Source: Fidelibacterota bacterium
GTDB lineage: Bacteria > Fidelibacterota > Fidelibacteria > Fidelibacterales > DSDE01
Assembly (NCBI GenBank): GCA_046735395.1
Contig: JBJKQR010000081.1
Coordinates: 1-32,442, forward strand
DNA: 32,442 nt
Reading direction: 5' to 3'
Both the position numbers and the translations under genes were made by a program. This document shows, in pieces, positions 1 to 10,699 of this stretch. Every line of letters begins with the position of its first letter. The first letter of the stretch is position 1. Under the pieces are notes generated by a model. That model had not been told where the DNA came from. It saw nothing but the letters and a program-made list of their open reading frames with translations, and made no database searches.

Positions 1-1643
<1,643 letters not shown>

Positions 1644-1710
1644 ATTCTTTTATCAGCACAGTCTTATGTCGCATTGAACACTATAGCATTAATTATTTGC
1701 CCAGAATTAA

Positions 1711-1829
1711 TTCCGGGCGACAATATCGTAAAGGAGACACCCCTTACCATTCCGAACAGGGAAGTTAAGCTTTACAGAGCCGATGGTACTGCACGGGCAA
1801 CTGTGTGGGAGAGTAGGTCGTCGCCGGAA
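1711..1829 (+). rRNA. rrf: 5S ribosomal RNA
   Basis: About 119 nt, about 70 nt after the 23S. Contains CCATTCCGAAC, GAAGTTAAGC, GCCGATGGTACT and GGGAGAGTAGGTCG; termini TTCCGG/CCGGAA pair as helix I. Confidence 0.97.
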
Positions 1830-1839
1830 ACCTTTAAAG

Positions 1840-1866
1840 AAAAGCCTCGCCATCGCGGGGCTTTTT
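1840..1866 (+). terminator. Intrinsic terminator of the rRNA operon
   Basis: AAAAGCCTCGC-CATC-GCGGGGCTTTT hairpin (one G-U pair) ending in a T run, 10 nt after the 5S. Confidence 0.85.
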
Positions 1867-1980
1867 GATTATATATACTATTTTTTTTTTAAAACTGAAG
1901 ATATAAACATTCATTCCTTATCAACGCATAAATCGTGCGCTCCCGCTGGGCAGCCCTGAGACCGGTAAGAAACGGGCTTC

Positions 1981-2334
1981 CTACGAGATCTGTTGCTGCA
2001 GGTAGGCAGTCAGCGCTGCATCAATGCTTTCTTCACGGGTTTTAACGATTTTTACCGGACTTGATTTCAATGCCTCAACGAAATGCGGACCGAGATGCTG
2101 TACCAGGAAAACATCGACATCCTGCAGTAATTCTATACTGTGCTGATGCGGATTCTGACTGTGGTCATGGTGGTGGGAATGATCATGAGCGCCCTCATGA
2201 TGCGGACTGCGGTGAGGTTTAAAATCTTTGTGTCCGATCTTTCCATCATTAATCTCTGTGATGCAGAACCATGCTGCACGTCCGGTAAATCGGGATACGC
2301 TTTCCTTATCGTCAGTTGCGATTGCAATTTTCAT
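1981..2334 (-). CDS. NifB/NifX-family (dinitrogenase FeMo-cofactor-like, COG1433) protein with a His-rich loop
   Basis: MKIAIATDD...VSRFTGRAAWF (family pattern S.HFGRA..F), LQDVDVFL..HLG. His-rich insert PHHEGAHDHSHHHDHSQNPHQH. SD AGGAG upstream. Confidence 0.8.
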   Translation of the reverse strand: MKIAIATDDKESVSRFTGRAAWFCITEINDGKIGHKDFKPHRSPHHEGAHDHSHHHDHSQNPHQHSIELLQDVDVFLVQHLGPHFVEALKSSPVKIVKTREESIDAALTAYLQQQIS

Positions 2335-2549
2335 GACTTACTCCTTTTTTATTAATATATATATTCAGATCATATTAATTCGATGAATTGAATTCCTTCC
2401 CGTTACATACTTAATACAAGAATTATTTCGGGATCATTGCGCCGTTTTACATGTGAATTAGTAATAAAATAATCGGGAAAAAGGGGATAAGACGTAGACT
2501 CTTTCATTGCATCATTCTTAAATTAGAAACTGGAAAAGAAGGAAGAAAC

Positions 2550-3593
2550 ATGGTAAAAGGCATAGGGCTTATTTCCGGTGGACTGGATTCGATGCTGGCA
2601 GCACAGCTTCTCATGAGACAGGGGATTCAGGTGGAAGGATTATTTATCAATACCGGTTTCTGCATGACCGAACACCGGCGGAAAATGCTGGATCAGAATA
2701 CACCGAAGGAAGCCGTTCGTCATGATGCCAGCGAAGTGGCGAAAACTCTCGATTTTCCCTTGCGAATTATCAATATTGCGGATAAATACTGGGACATCGT
2801 TCTTCACCCGAAACATGGCTATGGAAAAAACGTTAATCCCTGTATCGATTGCAGGATAGAGATGCTGCGGGTTGCGAAGAAAGTCATGGAGGAAGAAAAC
2901 GCGGATTTTGTCTTTACCGGAGAAGTACTGGGACAGCGCCCCATGACACAGCACCGGCCTACTATGAAGCTGACAGAGCAGGAGGCAGGTCTTGAGGGCC
3001 TTCTCCTGCGGCCCATGTCAGCGCAGCTCCTGCCCCCCACCGTGGTGGAAAAGGATGGACGGGTTGATCGGGACAGGCTCCTTAATCTGCATGGCAGAAG
3101 CCGGAAGACTCAGATCCGTCTGGCCGAAGAATGGGAGCTTCAGGATTATGCCCAGCCTGCGGGTGGCTGCTGTTTTCTGATTGATGAAAGCTATGGCCGC
3201 AAATTGAATGACCTGTTCAAATACAAAGGTAAGGGAAATTTCGGACGGGAGGAAGTGCTGCTGCTCAATACGGGCCGGCATATACGTCTGAGTCCTGAAA
3301 CGAAACTTATCTGCAGCCGGAATGAGAGTGAATCCAATTATTTTATGCGCTTCATGGGAGATCACATCAGTTTTGAGGCGCTGGATTATGCAGGGAGCAT
3401 CGGAATTGCAGACGGCAATTACAGTGAAGCGGATATTGTCCTGGCCGCAGGCATCGTGGCCCGCTACGGTAAAGGCCGGAATCAGGAAAAGGTTGCGGTC
3501 GTCATGAAACAGAATGGGGACGTTCTGCGGACGGTTGAAGTGAAACCCTTTACAGAAAATGAAGCTCAGCTGCAGAAAATGATAATTTCCTGA
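2550..3593 (+). CDS. PP-loop tRNA thiouridylase-like protein (MnmA/ThiI-like) with a probable C-terminal NFACT-R/DUF814-type RNA-binding domain
   Basis: SGGLDS PP-loop, NPCIDC, TGEVLGQRPMTQ, PAGGCC, GRH.RL and RN..E motifs, A..I.ARY near the C-terminus. Confidence 0.8.
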   Translation: MVKGIGLISGGLDSMLAAQLLMRQGIQVEGLFINTGFCMTEHRRKMLDQNTPKEAVRHDASEVAKTLDFPLRIINIADKYWDIVLHPKHGYGKNVNPCIDCRIEMLRVAKKVMEEENADFVFTGEVLGQRPMTQHRPTMKLTEQEAGLEGLLLRPMSAQLLPPTVVEKDGRVDRDRLLNLHGRSRKTQIRLAEEWELQDYAQPAGGCCFLIDESYGRKLNDLFKYKGKGNFGREEVLLLNTGRHIRLSPETKLICSRNESESNYFMRFMGDHISFEALDYAGSIGIADGNYSEADIVLAAGIVARYGKGRNQEKVAVVMKQNGDVLRTVEVKPFTENEAQLQKMIIS

Positions 3594-3644
3594 GTCAAAA
3601 ATCCATCGTTATTATAATAAAAAAATCTTACGATCCTGACGGAT

Positions 3645-4244
3645 TCAGGATAGATCCATTCCGAATGCGATACTGTATTCATATTCACAGATCCGGCTGA
3701 ATCCCACTTTTTCATAAAATCCGATTGCACTGCTGTTGCGTTTTCCCACTTCCAGATGCAGGGCGGGAACTTTCAGTCTGCGTAGTGTATCTGTAAATAT
3801 CTGTATCAGCGCTTTCCCCAGACCCAATCCCTGCCCGGCCGGCAGAATATCGATATGGAGATGGGCCGGATAGGCCGTCAGTTCTTTTTTTACAGTGTGG
3901 CCTTCATAAATTTTTCGAATGAGGACGGCATCCTTTGATGAATCCGTTTCAGGTGGATAAGGATAGCGCGTCTGCAGGAATGTGAACCATTCGTTCATAC
4001 TGCGCCGATGAAATTCCTGTGAATCCCGGCAGCCCAGAATATATCCTGCCGGCTGATTGTCGAGTGTCACCACAAAACACAGATCCGGTTCCAGCAGCGC
4101 AAAGGGCGCGGCATATACATGGCCGAGCAGATCTGGATCCCTGTACAGACCTTCAGCATCCTTGCCGCTGTCTCCGGTTTTCAGACAGATATGATACAGC
4201 GAACATAGATCGCTCATGTGAAAGGAACGTATTTCCGGTTTCAT
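3645..4244 (-). CDS. GNAT-family N-acetyltransferase
   Basis: YPAHLHIDILP..QGLGLGK acetyl-CoA motif A; N..AIGFYEKVGF motif B; ICLKTGDSG.DA and YAAPF..LEP typical of this subfamily. Confidence 0.9.
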   Translation of the reverse strand: MKPEIRSFHMSDLCSLYHICLKTGDSGKDAEGLYRDPDLLGHVYAAPFALLEPDLCFVVTLDNQPAGYILGCRDSQEFHRRSMNEWFTFLQTRYPYPPETDSSKDAVLIRKIYEGHTVKKELTAYPAHLHIDILPAGQGLGLGKALIQIFTDTLRRLKVPALHLEVGKRNSSAIGFYEKVGFSRICEYEYSIAFGMDLS

Positions 4245-4309
4245 GGCAGGCCTTTCTGTTTCCGGTTTATAAAATACAGTTTAGATCTGGAAAAAACCGG
4301 ATGAAAATG

Positions 4310-4339
4310 AAAAAGACTGCCGGAACCGACAGCCTTTTT
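4310..4339 (-). terminator. Intrinsic terminator downstream of the multiheme cytochrome gene
   Basis: On the minus strand AAGGCTGTCGG-TT-CCGGCAGTCTTTTT. The two mismatches resolve as G-U pairs only in this orientation; a U run follows. Confidence 0.75.
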
Positions 4340-4372
4340 CACGATTAGACGATACGATTAAAAAAGCGCTGA

Positions 4373-6271
4373 TTACTTCAGCACAGTAAATTTCATGGTA
4401 CGGCCGTATCCATCGCTGGTGGACAAACGATAGAAGTAGATGCCGGATGCCAGGTTGCCGCCGTCATATTCCAGAGAGTAGCTTCCTCCCGACAGTTCCG
4501 TATCAATGGGTGTATCCACGCGCTGGCCATCAATGCTGTAAATTGACAGTATCGCGTGGCTGCGGGCCGGCAGGTTGAAATCGATCCGGGTCAGCGGGTT
4601 GAATGGGTTGGGATAATTCTGTTTCAGATCGAAGTTTGCCGGGATGGAGGATTTATTCTCAATGGATGATACGATGGGATAAGGATTAGCAGAAAATCCG
4701 AGGGCTGTCCAGTCAATGCGTCCGCCCGGTACTCCATGGCAGTCAACGCATTTCAGGGCGTCTTCCTTGACCTGAACGCCGTGATCCACCGAAAAATTCA
4801 TGACGTCATTTTCCCAGGTGATGGTTCCATTATAATTTCCCGAACCGTCCACAGGAAGTGTGCTGTAATCTGCCAGGCCTTTTGCCTTTGCAGCTGTGGC
4901 TCCGTCACGAATTGCCTTTTCAATGAGAGCCTGGCTGTCTCCGGCCGTCACACCTGCAGCCGTGAAATTGGAAATGGCCTCATTGGCCCCGAAAATGATT
5001 CCCAGCTTGATGGGAAGAATGATGCCTGTACTCTGATCAACCGGCACCTTGGCGGTCATGATACGGAAGGGATGAATTTTTCCGTCACCCTGAGCGCCCC
5101 GGGGTGTTACATTCGTATAGACAGAACCGTTATACCATTTGTAGGACAGAGTCCCCTGTCCGCTCAGCATATTTCCCTTGGGTTTCCAGCAGACAAAATT
5201 GCTGTTGGCGTCCACTTCCTTGACGAGTTCATCAAAATATTTGAAATCCATTCCCAGATTATTGGGGATATGACAGGATTGACAGTCGAGGCTTTCAAAA
5301 TGTTTAGAGGGAATCCCGGGGTGAGTGGGAATGGGCGGTGTGGCCGGAAGATCTGTGTAATAGGCCTGCCCGTCTGTGCTGTGGCAGAAGGCACAGGCAA
5401 TCTTGTCATTATCCGGGTCACCGGCCAGATCGGAGGCCCAGAGACCGGGTTTCGTGCGTCCCATACCGATCTGGTGTTCCTTCACAATATGGCAGTCAAC
5501 GCAGACGAGGACGGAGGCGTGCTGATCCTGAATGGGATTGCTGCCGTAGCTGCCGTCATAATCAAATCCGCGTTTTGCGGTATAGGCGCCGCCGGCCCAG
5601 GCATGACAGTTCTGACAATTATTAATACCGGGTTTCCGTACAATGCTGGTGCTGGTGACGCTCAAATCAGTCCCTGACATATAAGGCAGCCGGAATCCTG
5701 TCGCAGAGCCTGCATCGGCCACGGGCATGCGATCCCCGTAATTGTTCAGTGCGACGCCATCCAGTTGGTAGGTGGCAGCATGGCAGAGGAGGCAGTCTAC
5801 ATTCTTCCACGCATCATCGGTGGCGATCAGATCCGGGGTCATGGCGCCGGTGCTCACATGACACCGCGAACAGCCGCCCGGAAGTCCATTCGGATACGTA
5901 GGATTGGCCGCACCGAGTGCCGGGTCCTGAACCAGACCCAGCCAGTTAATCTCCGGAACAGATCCCGGAAGGCCGCAGTAACGGTTTATTTTACCATGTT
6001 CGCCCGTGAGCGCAATGTCATTGGACAGGTCACTGTCTCCGTCATAAACATACACATTGTCGGCTCCCACATCTGCCTTGAATTTGAAATGGGCACCGCC
6101 TGCGATTTGCCGGGCCATGGCCTGGGCATCCACGGACGCTCCGCTGTAATGGCAGGAGGTACAGGACTGGGCACCCTGATATTCGCTGATGATGCTGGAT
6201 ACGTCCAAATGCCCGTAGAGCATACCGGAAAATGCGGCAACAATGGATGTGATCATGAGCAGTTTCTTCAT
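4373..6271 (-). CDS. Octaheme c-type cytochrome, tetrathionate reductase (OTR)-like, with a C-terminal T9SS type A-like sorting domain
   Basis: Sec signal peptide; 8 CxxCH motifs (CTSCH, CSRCH, CLLCH, CQNCH, CVDCH, CAFCH, CQSCH, CVDCH); OTR-like GKINRYC, YKWYNG, KIHPF, HGV...ALKCVDCH...GRIDWTALG; C-terminal LKQNYPNPFNP...LASGIYFYRL...KFTVLK. SD AAGGAG. Confidence 0.88.
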   Translation of the reverse strand: MKKLLMITSIVAAFSGMLYGHLDVSSIISEYQGAQSCTSCHYSGASVDAQAMARQIAGGAHFKFKADVGADNVYVYDGDSDLSNDIALTGEHGKINRYCGLPGSVPEINWLGLVQDPALGAANPTYPNGLPGGCSRCHVSTGAMTPDLIATDDAWKNVDCLLCHAATYQLDGVALNNYGDRMPVADAGSATGFRLPYMSGTDLSVTSTSIVRKPGINNCQNCHAWAGGAYTAKRGFDYDGSYGSNPIQDQHASVLVCVDCHIVKEHQIGMGRTKPGLWASDLAGDPDNDKIACAFCHSTDGQAYYTDLPATPPIPTHPGIPSKHFESLDCQSCHIPNNLGMDFKYFDELVKEVDANSNFVCWKPKGNMLSGQGTLSYKWYNGSVYTNVTPRGAQGDGKIHPFRIMTAKVPVDQSTGIILPIKLGIIFGANEAISNFTAAGVTAGDSQALIEKAIRDGATAAKAKGLADYSTLPVDGSGNYNGTITWENDVMNFSVDHGVQVKEDALKCVDCHGVPGGRIDWTALGFSANPYPIVSSIENKSSIPANFDLKQNYPNPFNPLTRIDFNLPARSHAILSIYSIDGQRVDTPIDTELSGGSYSLEYDGGNLASGIYFYRLSTSDGYGRTMKFTVLK

Positions 6272-6621
6272 ACCGTCTCCTTTATTCTTATTTTATCAAT
6301 AATGTTTCATTCTGAATTAGCTATACAATTGACGTACCAGAGGGTTAAAATGTCACTAAGTTTGTTTAAAACCTGATTTTACAGGTGTAAGGAATTGATA
6401 ATGAGACAGATATGTTCAGGATTATATATACCAAAGCTGAAAGGAATTACCAGAACTGAGAAGAACCGGGCATCTTTGAATGAAGGAGAGGATGACTGGA
6501 ACCGGAGGACTGGAAGGGGGGAGTATCAGGCTGACTATTGGGAATCCGGCGGCTTTGAGTGAGATATTTTGATTTTTATAAAAGGATAAGAAACGTAAAT
6601 TCCGCCGGACAGGAGGCCAAG

Positions 6622-8427
6622 GTGATTCCCGAATATCTTATTGAGCAGGTAAAGGATGCGAATGACATTGTGGAGGTGGTTTCCTCCTACATGACCCTGC
6701 AGCGTAAGGGGGCGAATTACTGGGCGCCCTGCCCCTTTCACGATGAAAAAACGCCTTCCTTTTCCGTTTCCGCCGCAAAGCAGATATATCATTGCTTCGG
6801 ATGCGGAGCCGGTGGATCGGTCATAAACTTCGTCATGGAGTATAATCATATCTCTTTCATTGAGGCGGTCAGGGAACTGGCAGCCAACGCGGGAATCGAC
6901 ATAGGGGATGTGCAGGACGACAAGGATGGCGATAAAAGCGAAGTACAGAAGCTGTATGATATTCACGAATGGGCCTCGGGGCTCTACGAAAAGCAGCTTC
7001 ATGACCAAAGCGGAAAGGATGCTGCAGCCTATCTGGCTGACCGTGGACTGAAGCCGGATACACTGGCACATTTTCATGCGGGCTGGGCACCGCCGGGCTG
7101 GGATTTTTTAGTGAAGGCAGTGAAGAATGAGGATCGGGCTCTGGCGCTACTGTCCAGAGCGGGACTGGTGGGCAGCCGTGATCAGGGCGGGTATTATGAT
7201 CGCTTCCGAGAACGGATCATGTTTCCGGTGCGGAATCCCAAGGGCAATATGATTGCCTTCGGCGGCCGGACCCTTTCAAAAAATGAGGATGCGAAATACC
7301 TGAATTCCCCGGATACACCGGTCTATCACAAGGGGAAGGTTCTGTACGGGCTCCACGAGGCCATCCGGGATATCCGACAGGAAAAAACGGTGTATATCGT
7401 TGAAGGATATATGGATTATCTCCAGCTCTGGCAGAGCGGGTTCCGGAATGTGGCGGCCGGATCGGGCACAGCATTCACGGAAGATCACGCCCGGCTGATG
7501 AAACGGTATTGTCAGAACGCCATTCTCTGCTATGACAGTGATACCGCCGGACAGAATGCAGCCTTCAAGACTGCGCTGCTTCTGAGCCGGGAGAAATTCA
7601 GAGTCAGGATTCTGCAGCTGCCCGAAGGGGAGGATCCGGACAGTTTTCTGAAAAAACAGGGCGCGGGCCGCTTTCAGGAACAGATTGATGCCAGCCTGGA
7701 TATTTATCAGTTCTTCCGGGACTATATAGAGCGATACGGACGGGGCCCGGCGGCTAAGACCGAGGTTCTGGAACGCATATTTGAAGCGGTTCGGCGTTTC
7801 GATGATCTGGTCTACAGGGAATTATTCATTGAGGAGCTCGGATCTGCAGTGGGCATTGGTAAAACCACGCTGCTGAAACAGCTGAACCAGGGCGGAACTT
7901 CGTCTGTGCCGGCCGCGGATCTTTCGGATAAAATTCGGGATCCCAATCGCTTTACGGTGGTGCGGGATAAAATGGAAGCCAGTCAGTTTCAGCTGATACA
8001 GATCATGCTCCTGGATGATCCTGCAATTCGCAGGGCCGCCCTGGAATATGTCAGTCCGGATGTCTTCCAGCATAAGGGCTACGCAAAGGCGGCGGAGGCT
8101 GTTCTGACCGTGCTTCGTGATAGGCCGGACATTCGCAGTGACCGGATTACGGACGGGATTCAGGACGAAAAAATCCGCAGTTTTATCAATCGTCTGCTCT
8201 ATGATCTTCAATCGCAGGCAGACGGCGCGCGCAAAGCCTTCCTTGACTGTATGAGAGAAATGGAAGCGGGATATATCCGACGGCTTATCGGTGACCTGGA
8301 AGGCCGTCAGAAGGAAAATGACGATCTGGGTCAGTATGATGCAGAACTGGCCAAGGAAATTGCAGCTCTGACACAGCGCCTGAAATCATTGTCGGAAATA
8401 TATACGAATTCGTTATATACAGAATAA
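6622..8427 (+). CDS. dnaG: DNA primase
   Basis: Zinc finger CPFHDEKTPSF...CFGC, YYDRFRERIMFP, FGGR, KYLNSPDT, Toprim VEGYMD and YDSD.AG, DPD. Start moved to GTG 6622, which follows SD AGGAGG at 6611. Confidence 0.97.
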   Translation: MIPEYLIEQVKDANDIVEVVSSYMTLQRKGANYWAPCPFHDEKTPSFSVSAAKQIYHCFGCGAGGSVINFVMEYNHISFIEAVRELAANAGIDIGDVQDDKDGDKSEVQKLYDIHEWASGLYEKQLHDQSGKDAAAYLADRGLKPDTLAHFHAGWAPPGWDFLVKAVKNEDRALALLSRAGLVGSRDQGGYYDRFRERIMFPVRNPKGNMIAFGGRTLSKNEDAKYLNSPDTPVYHKGKVLYGLHEAIRDIRQEKTVYIVEGYMDYLQLWQSGFRNVAAGSGTAFTEDHARLMKRYCQNAILCYDSDTAGQNAAFKTALLLSREKFRVRILQLPEGEDPDSFLKKQGAGRFQEQIDASLDIYQFFRDYIERYGRGPAAKTEVLERIFEAVRRFDDLVYRELFIEELGSAVGIGKTTLLKQLNQGGTSSVPAADLSDKIRDPNRFTVVRDKMEASQFQLIQIMLLDDPAIRRAALEYVSPDVFQHKGYAKAAEAVLTVLRDRPDIRSDRITDGIQDEKIRSFINRLLYDLQSQADGARKAFLDCMREMEAGYIRRLIGDLEGRQKENDDLGQYDAELAKEIAALTQRLKSLSEIYTNSLYTE

Positions 8428-8431
8428 TTCG

Positions 8432-9655
8432 TCAGATCAGATAGGCGGGAATGGATTCCATCGCTGACGCAGATCCGAAACGGTCTGCGGTAATGATGAT
8501 ACCGCGATCGAGCCCATGATGCCGGCAGTAACGGGGAATATAGGATGGTTTCTGGCTGTGAATCTTGACATCCACCGGGAGGCTGTCAAAATCATTGATC
8601 AGCAGAAAATCAAGGGCCTGTCCCTGTTTTGTCTGCCAGTAATGGCATTCCCACTGCGGTGACTGGCTGAAGGTGGCTGCACAATATTGCTGCAGCAGGA
8701 CTTCGCCGTCCAGCCTCAGCATCGGGGGATTGAAATTGGTGATCAGGGCATTCCTCAGGCCCGTATCCCACAGGTAAATACGGTCGAATTTCCGGATTTC
8801 ATTCGGATTTTCATGATGCCAGGGATGAATGCGGTGGATCAGGCTGAAATTCTCCAGAATCTGCTTCCAGACCTCAATGGTTTCAAAACGGTGTCCCATA
8901 TCCCGCGCTGCCGCTGCTTCATTGAAGGGCTGGCCCTGCAGCGTGTTCAGATAATTGAAGAAAGCGATGAAATCCTTTTTTTTCCGGATACCGAAATAAG
9001 CGGGGATATCTTTCATGATATGGGGAAGAATCATGTCAGGGAAGAAGCTGCCGCTGATTTCATCCTCTTCCATGAATACGGTTTCCGGATATCCTCCGAA
9101 TCGGAGAAAACGTTCAAAATGCTCCTTCAGCTTCCTGGCGCTCTGATCGGATAAGGGGCTCGATACGGCAAAGGGCTCATCCGGCAGGGAGGCCAGCAGT
9201 TCCTCTTCGTTACGAAAGCGCAGGTATTCACGAAAATTCAGGGGCAGGAGGGGGAAGGTGAGAAAGCCATTGAGAAGACTTCCGCGTTCATCAAAGGCCA
9301 GTGCCTTGTCTTCTGAAGTCAGAATGCATTGAATGGAGGGATTCAGATCATTGAGATGGGGCAGAATGTGAGCTGCGAGGTGGACATTGTCAATGAGGAG
9401 CAGAAATTGTTTTTCCTGGGCGTATCCCGCTTCAACCAGCGCCTGCGCCAGACCGCTCAGGTTTCCGGAAAACAGGTCGGAATCCGAAGCGTTCTTCATG
9501 TCTATAATCAGGGATGATTCAGGATGAAGGGTCTGAAAATACTGAAGCAGCGAGGATTTTCCCGAGCGGTGAGGGCCATAGACGAAAAGATTGTTTCCCT
9601 CATGCAGCTGAATTAGCAGCCGGTCTGCCAACTCTCGGTGTTGAATAGATCCCAT
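8432..9655 (-). CDS. AAA+ ATP-binding protein with DUF4143 (COG1373-like), degenerate motifs
   Basis: Walker A GPHRSGKS, PLNFREYL, GGYPE, KD, IYLWDTGLRNAL, YWQT..G..LDF...P.DVK. Confidence 0.85.
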   Translation of the reverse strand: MGSIQHRELADRLLIQLHEGNNLFVYGPHRSGKSSLLQYFQTLHPESSLIIDMKNASDSDLFSGNLSGLAQALVEAGYAQEKQFLLLIDNVHLAAHILPHLNDLNPSIQCILTSEDKALAFDERGSLLNGFLTFPLLPLNFREYLRFRNEEELLASLPDEPFAVSSPLSDQSARKLKEHFERFLRFGGYPETVFMEEDEISGSFFPDMILPHIMKDIPAYFGIRKKKDFIAFFNYLNTLQGQPFNEAAAARDMGHRFETIEVWKQILENFSLIHRIHPWHHENPNEIRKFDRIYLWDTGLRNALITNFNPPMLRLDGEVLLQQYCAATFSQSPQWECHYWQTKQGQALDFLLINDFDSLPVDVKIHSQKPSYIPRYCRHHGLDRGIIITADRFGSASAMESIPAYLI

Positions 9656-9776
9656 GGTTAGAATTTAACACGATAAACAATTCATAGGGAATAAAAAAAC
9701 GCCGGTTTATTCTCTTTTACCCCTATTCTCCGAAGCTGCAACCGGAATCAAGCACTTTTTCTTCCGAAAAAAAAAC

Positions 9777-9805
9777 TTGCAATTGTCAAAATAAAATATT
9801 AATGT
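9777..9805 (+). promoter_or_regulatory. Putative sigma70-type promoter of the ABC-GntR operon
   Basis: TTGCAA (9777-9782), 17 bp spacer, TAATGT (9800-9805), with an A9 tract just upstream (UP-like). Confidence 0.55.
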
Positions 9806-9807
9806 GT

Positions 9808-9833
9808 TACTGTACTAATAAATTAGTACAGTA
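9808..9833. promoter_or_regulatory. YtrA-subfamily GntR operator
   Basis: Perfect inverted repeat TACTGTACTAAT-AA-ATTAGTACAGTA, core TGTACTA-N6-TAGTACA, between the predicted -10 and the start of an operon encoding a YtrA-type GntR. Confidence 0.85.
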
Positions 9834-9847
9834 GAAAGGTGGTAAAG

Positions 9848-10696
9848 ATGATTGAATTGCAGGGATTGAATTACGGATACAGGGGCCAGTCGCTGCTGTT
9901 CCGTAATCTGAATTGCCGTTTTCAGCCCGGGAATATTTATGGTCTGTTAGGGAGAAACGGAGCCGGGAAGACAACCCTTCTCAAATGTATTGCCGGCATG
10001 CTGCTGACCGATGCGGATCAGAGTCGTGTGGATAGCCGGCCCACCCGGGTGCGGGATCCGCTCATGCTTCAGGTTATGTATTATCTTCCGGAAGAATTTC
10101 ATACGCCCGATATGCGGATATCCGAATACGTGAAGGCCTATTCCGGATTTTATCCCCGCTTCAGCGAGGACGCGATGGAAAGGCATCTCCGGGAATTTGA
10201 TCTGGACCCGGAAGGAAAGCTGACGGGATTCAGCTACGGGATGAAGAAGAAGTTTCTCCTTGCCTTCGGGCTGGCCACAGGCGCCGCCGTTCTGCTGCTG
10301 GATGAGCCCACAAACGGACTGGATATTCCTTCCAAGAGCCAGTTTCGCAAGGTTCTGGCCGGAAGTCTGGGGGAAAAACAGATTATTATCGTGAGCACGC
10401 ATCAGGTGAGGGATATGAAGAATCTCATTGATCCGGTGGTCATTCTGGAAGGTGGCCGGATTCTCCTGAATGCGGAAATGGATGAGATTTCCGCTAAACT
10501 GCGGGTTTCGACCGGATTGCATGATAAACCGGATGCTGCGGATCTGCTCTATGCTGAGGAAGTATTCGGCAGCTATACCACGGTGGAGCGCCGCCGGGAC
10601 AAGGGTGATGGCGAAACCATCGATACCGAACTGCTGTTTAACGCGGTGATACAGAATCCGGATTATTTTCTCAATGAATTCGGCAGGAAGGAGTAG
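9848..10696 (+). CDS. ABC transporter ATP-binding protein
   Basis: GRNGAGKT Walker A, signature variant FSYGMKKK, LLLDEPTNGLD Walker B, STH switch. ATG 9848 follows AGGTGG. Confidence 0.95.
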   Translation: MIELQGLNYGYRGQSLLFRNLNCRFQPGNIYGLLGRNGAGKTTLLKCIAGMLLTDADQSRVDSRPTRVRDPLMLQVMYYLPEEFHTPDMRISEYVKAYSGFYPRFSEDAMERHLREFDLDPEGKLTGFSYGMKKKFLLAFGLATGAAVLLLDEPTNGLDIPSKSQFRKVLAGSLGEKQIIIVSTHQVRDMKNLIDPVVILEGGRILLNAEMDEISAKLRVSTGLHDKPDAADLLYAEEVFGSYTTVERRRDKGDGETIDTELLFNAVIQNPDYFLNEFGRKE

Positions 10697-10699
10697 ATC

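Noticed and set aside
1881..1890. Homopolymers T10 here and A9 at 9767-9775 as phase-variation tracts
   Set aside because: Both are intergenic and outside any -35/-10 spacer; better explained as terminator-flanking and UP-element sequence.
1981..2334. Nitrogen fixation
   Set aside because: NifX-like domains are widespread outside diazotrophs and no nif genes are present.
6356..6380. TAAGTTTGTTTAAA, resembling half of a XylR operator, upstream of the cytochrome gene
   Set aside because: No matching right half; no convincing FNR, Rex or CRP box in this spacer either.
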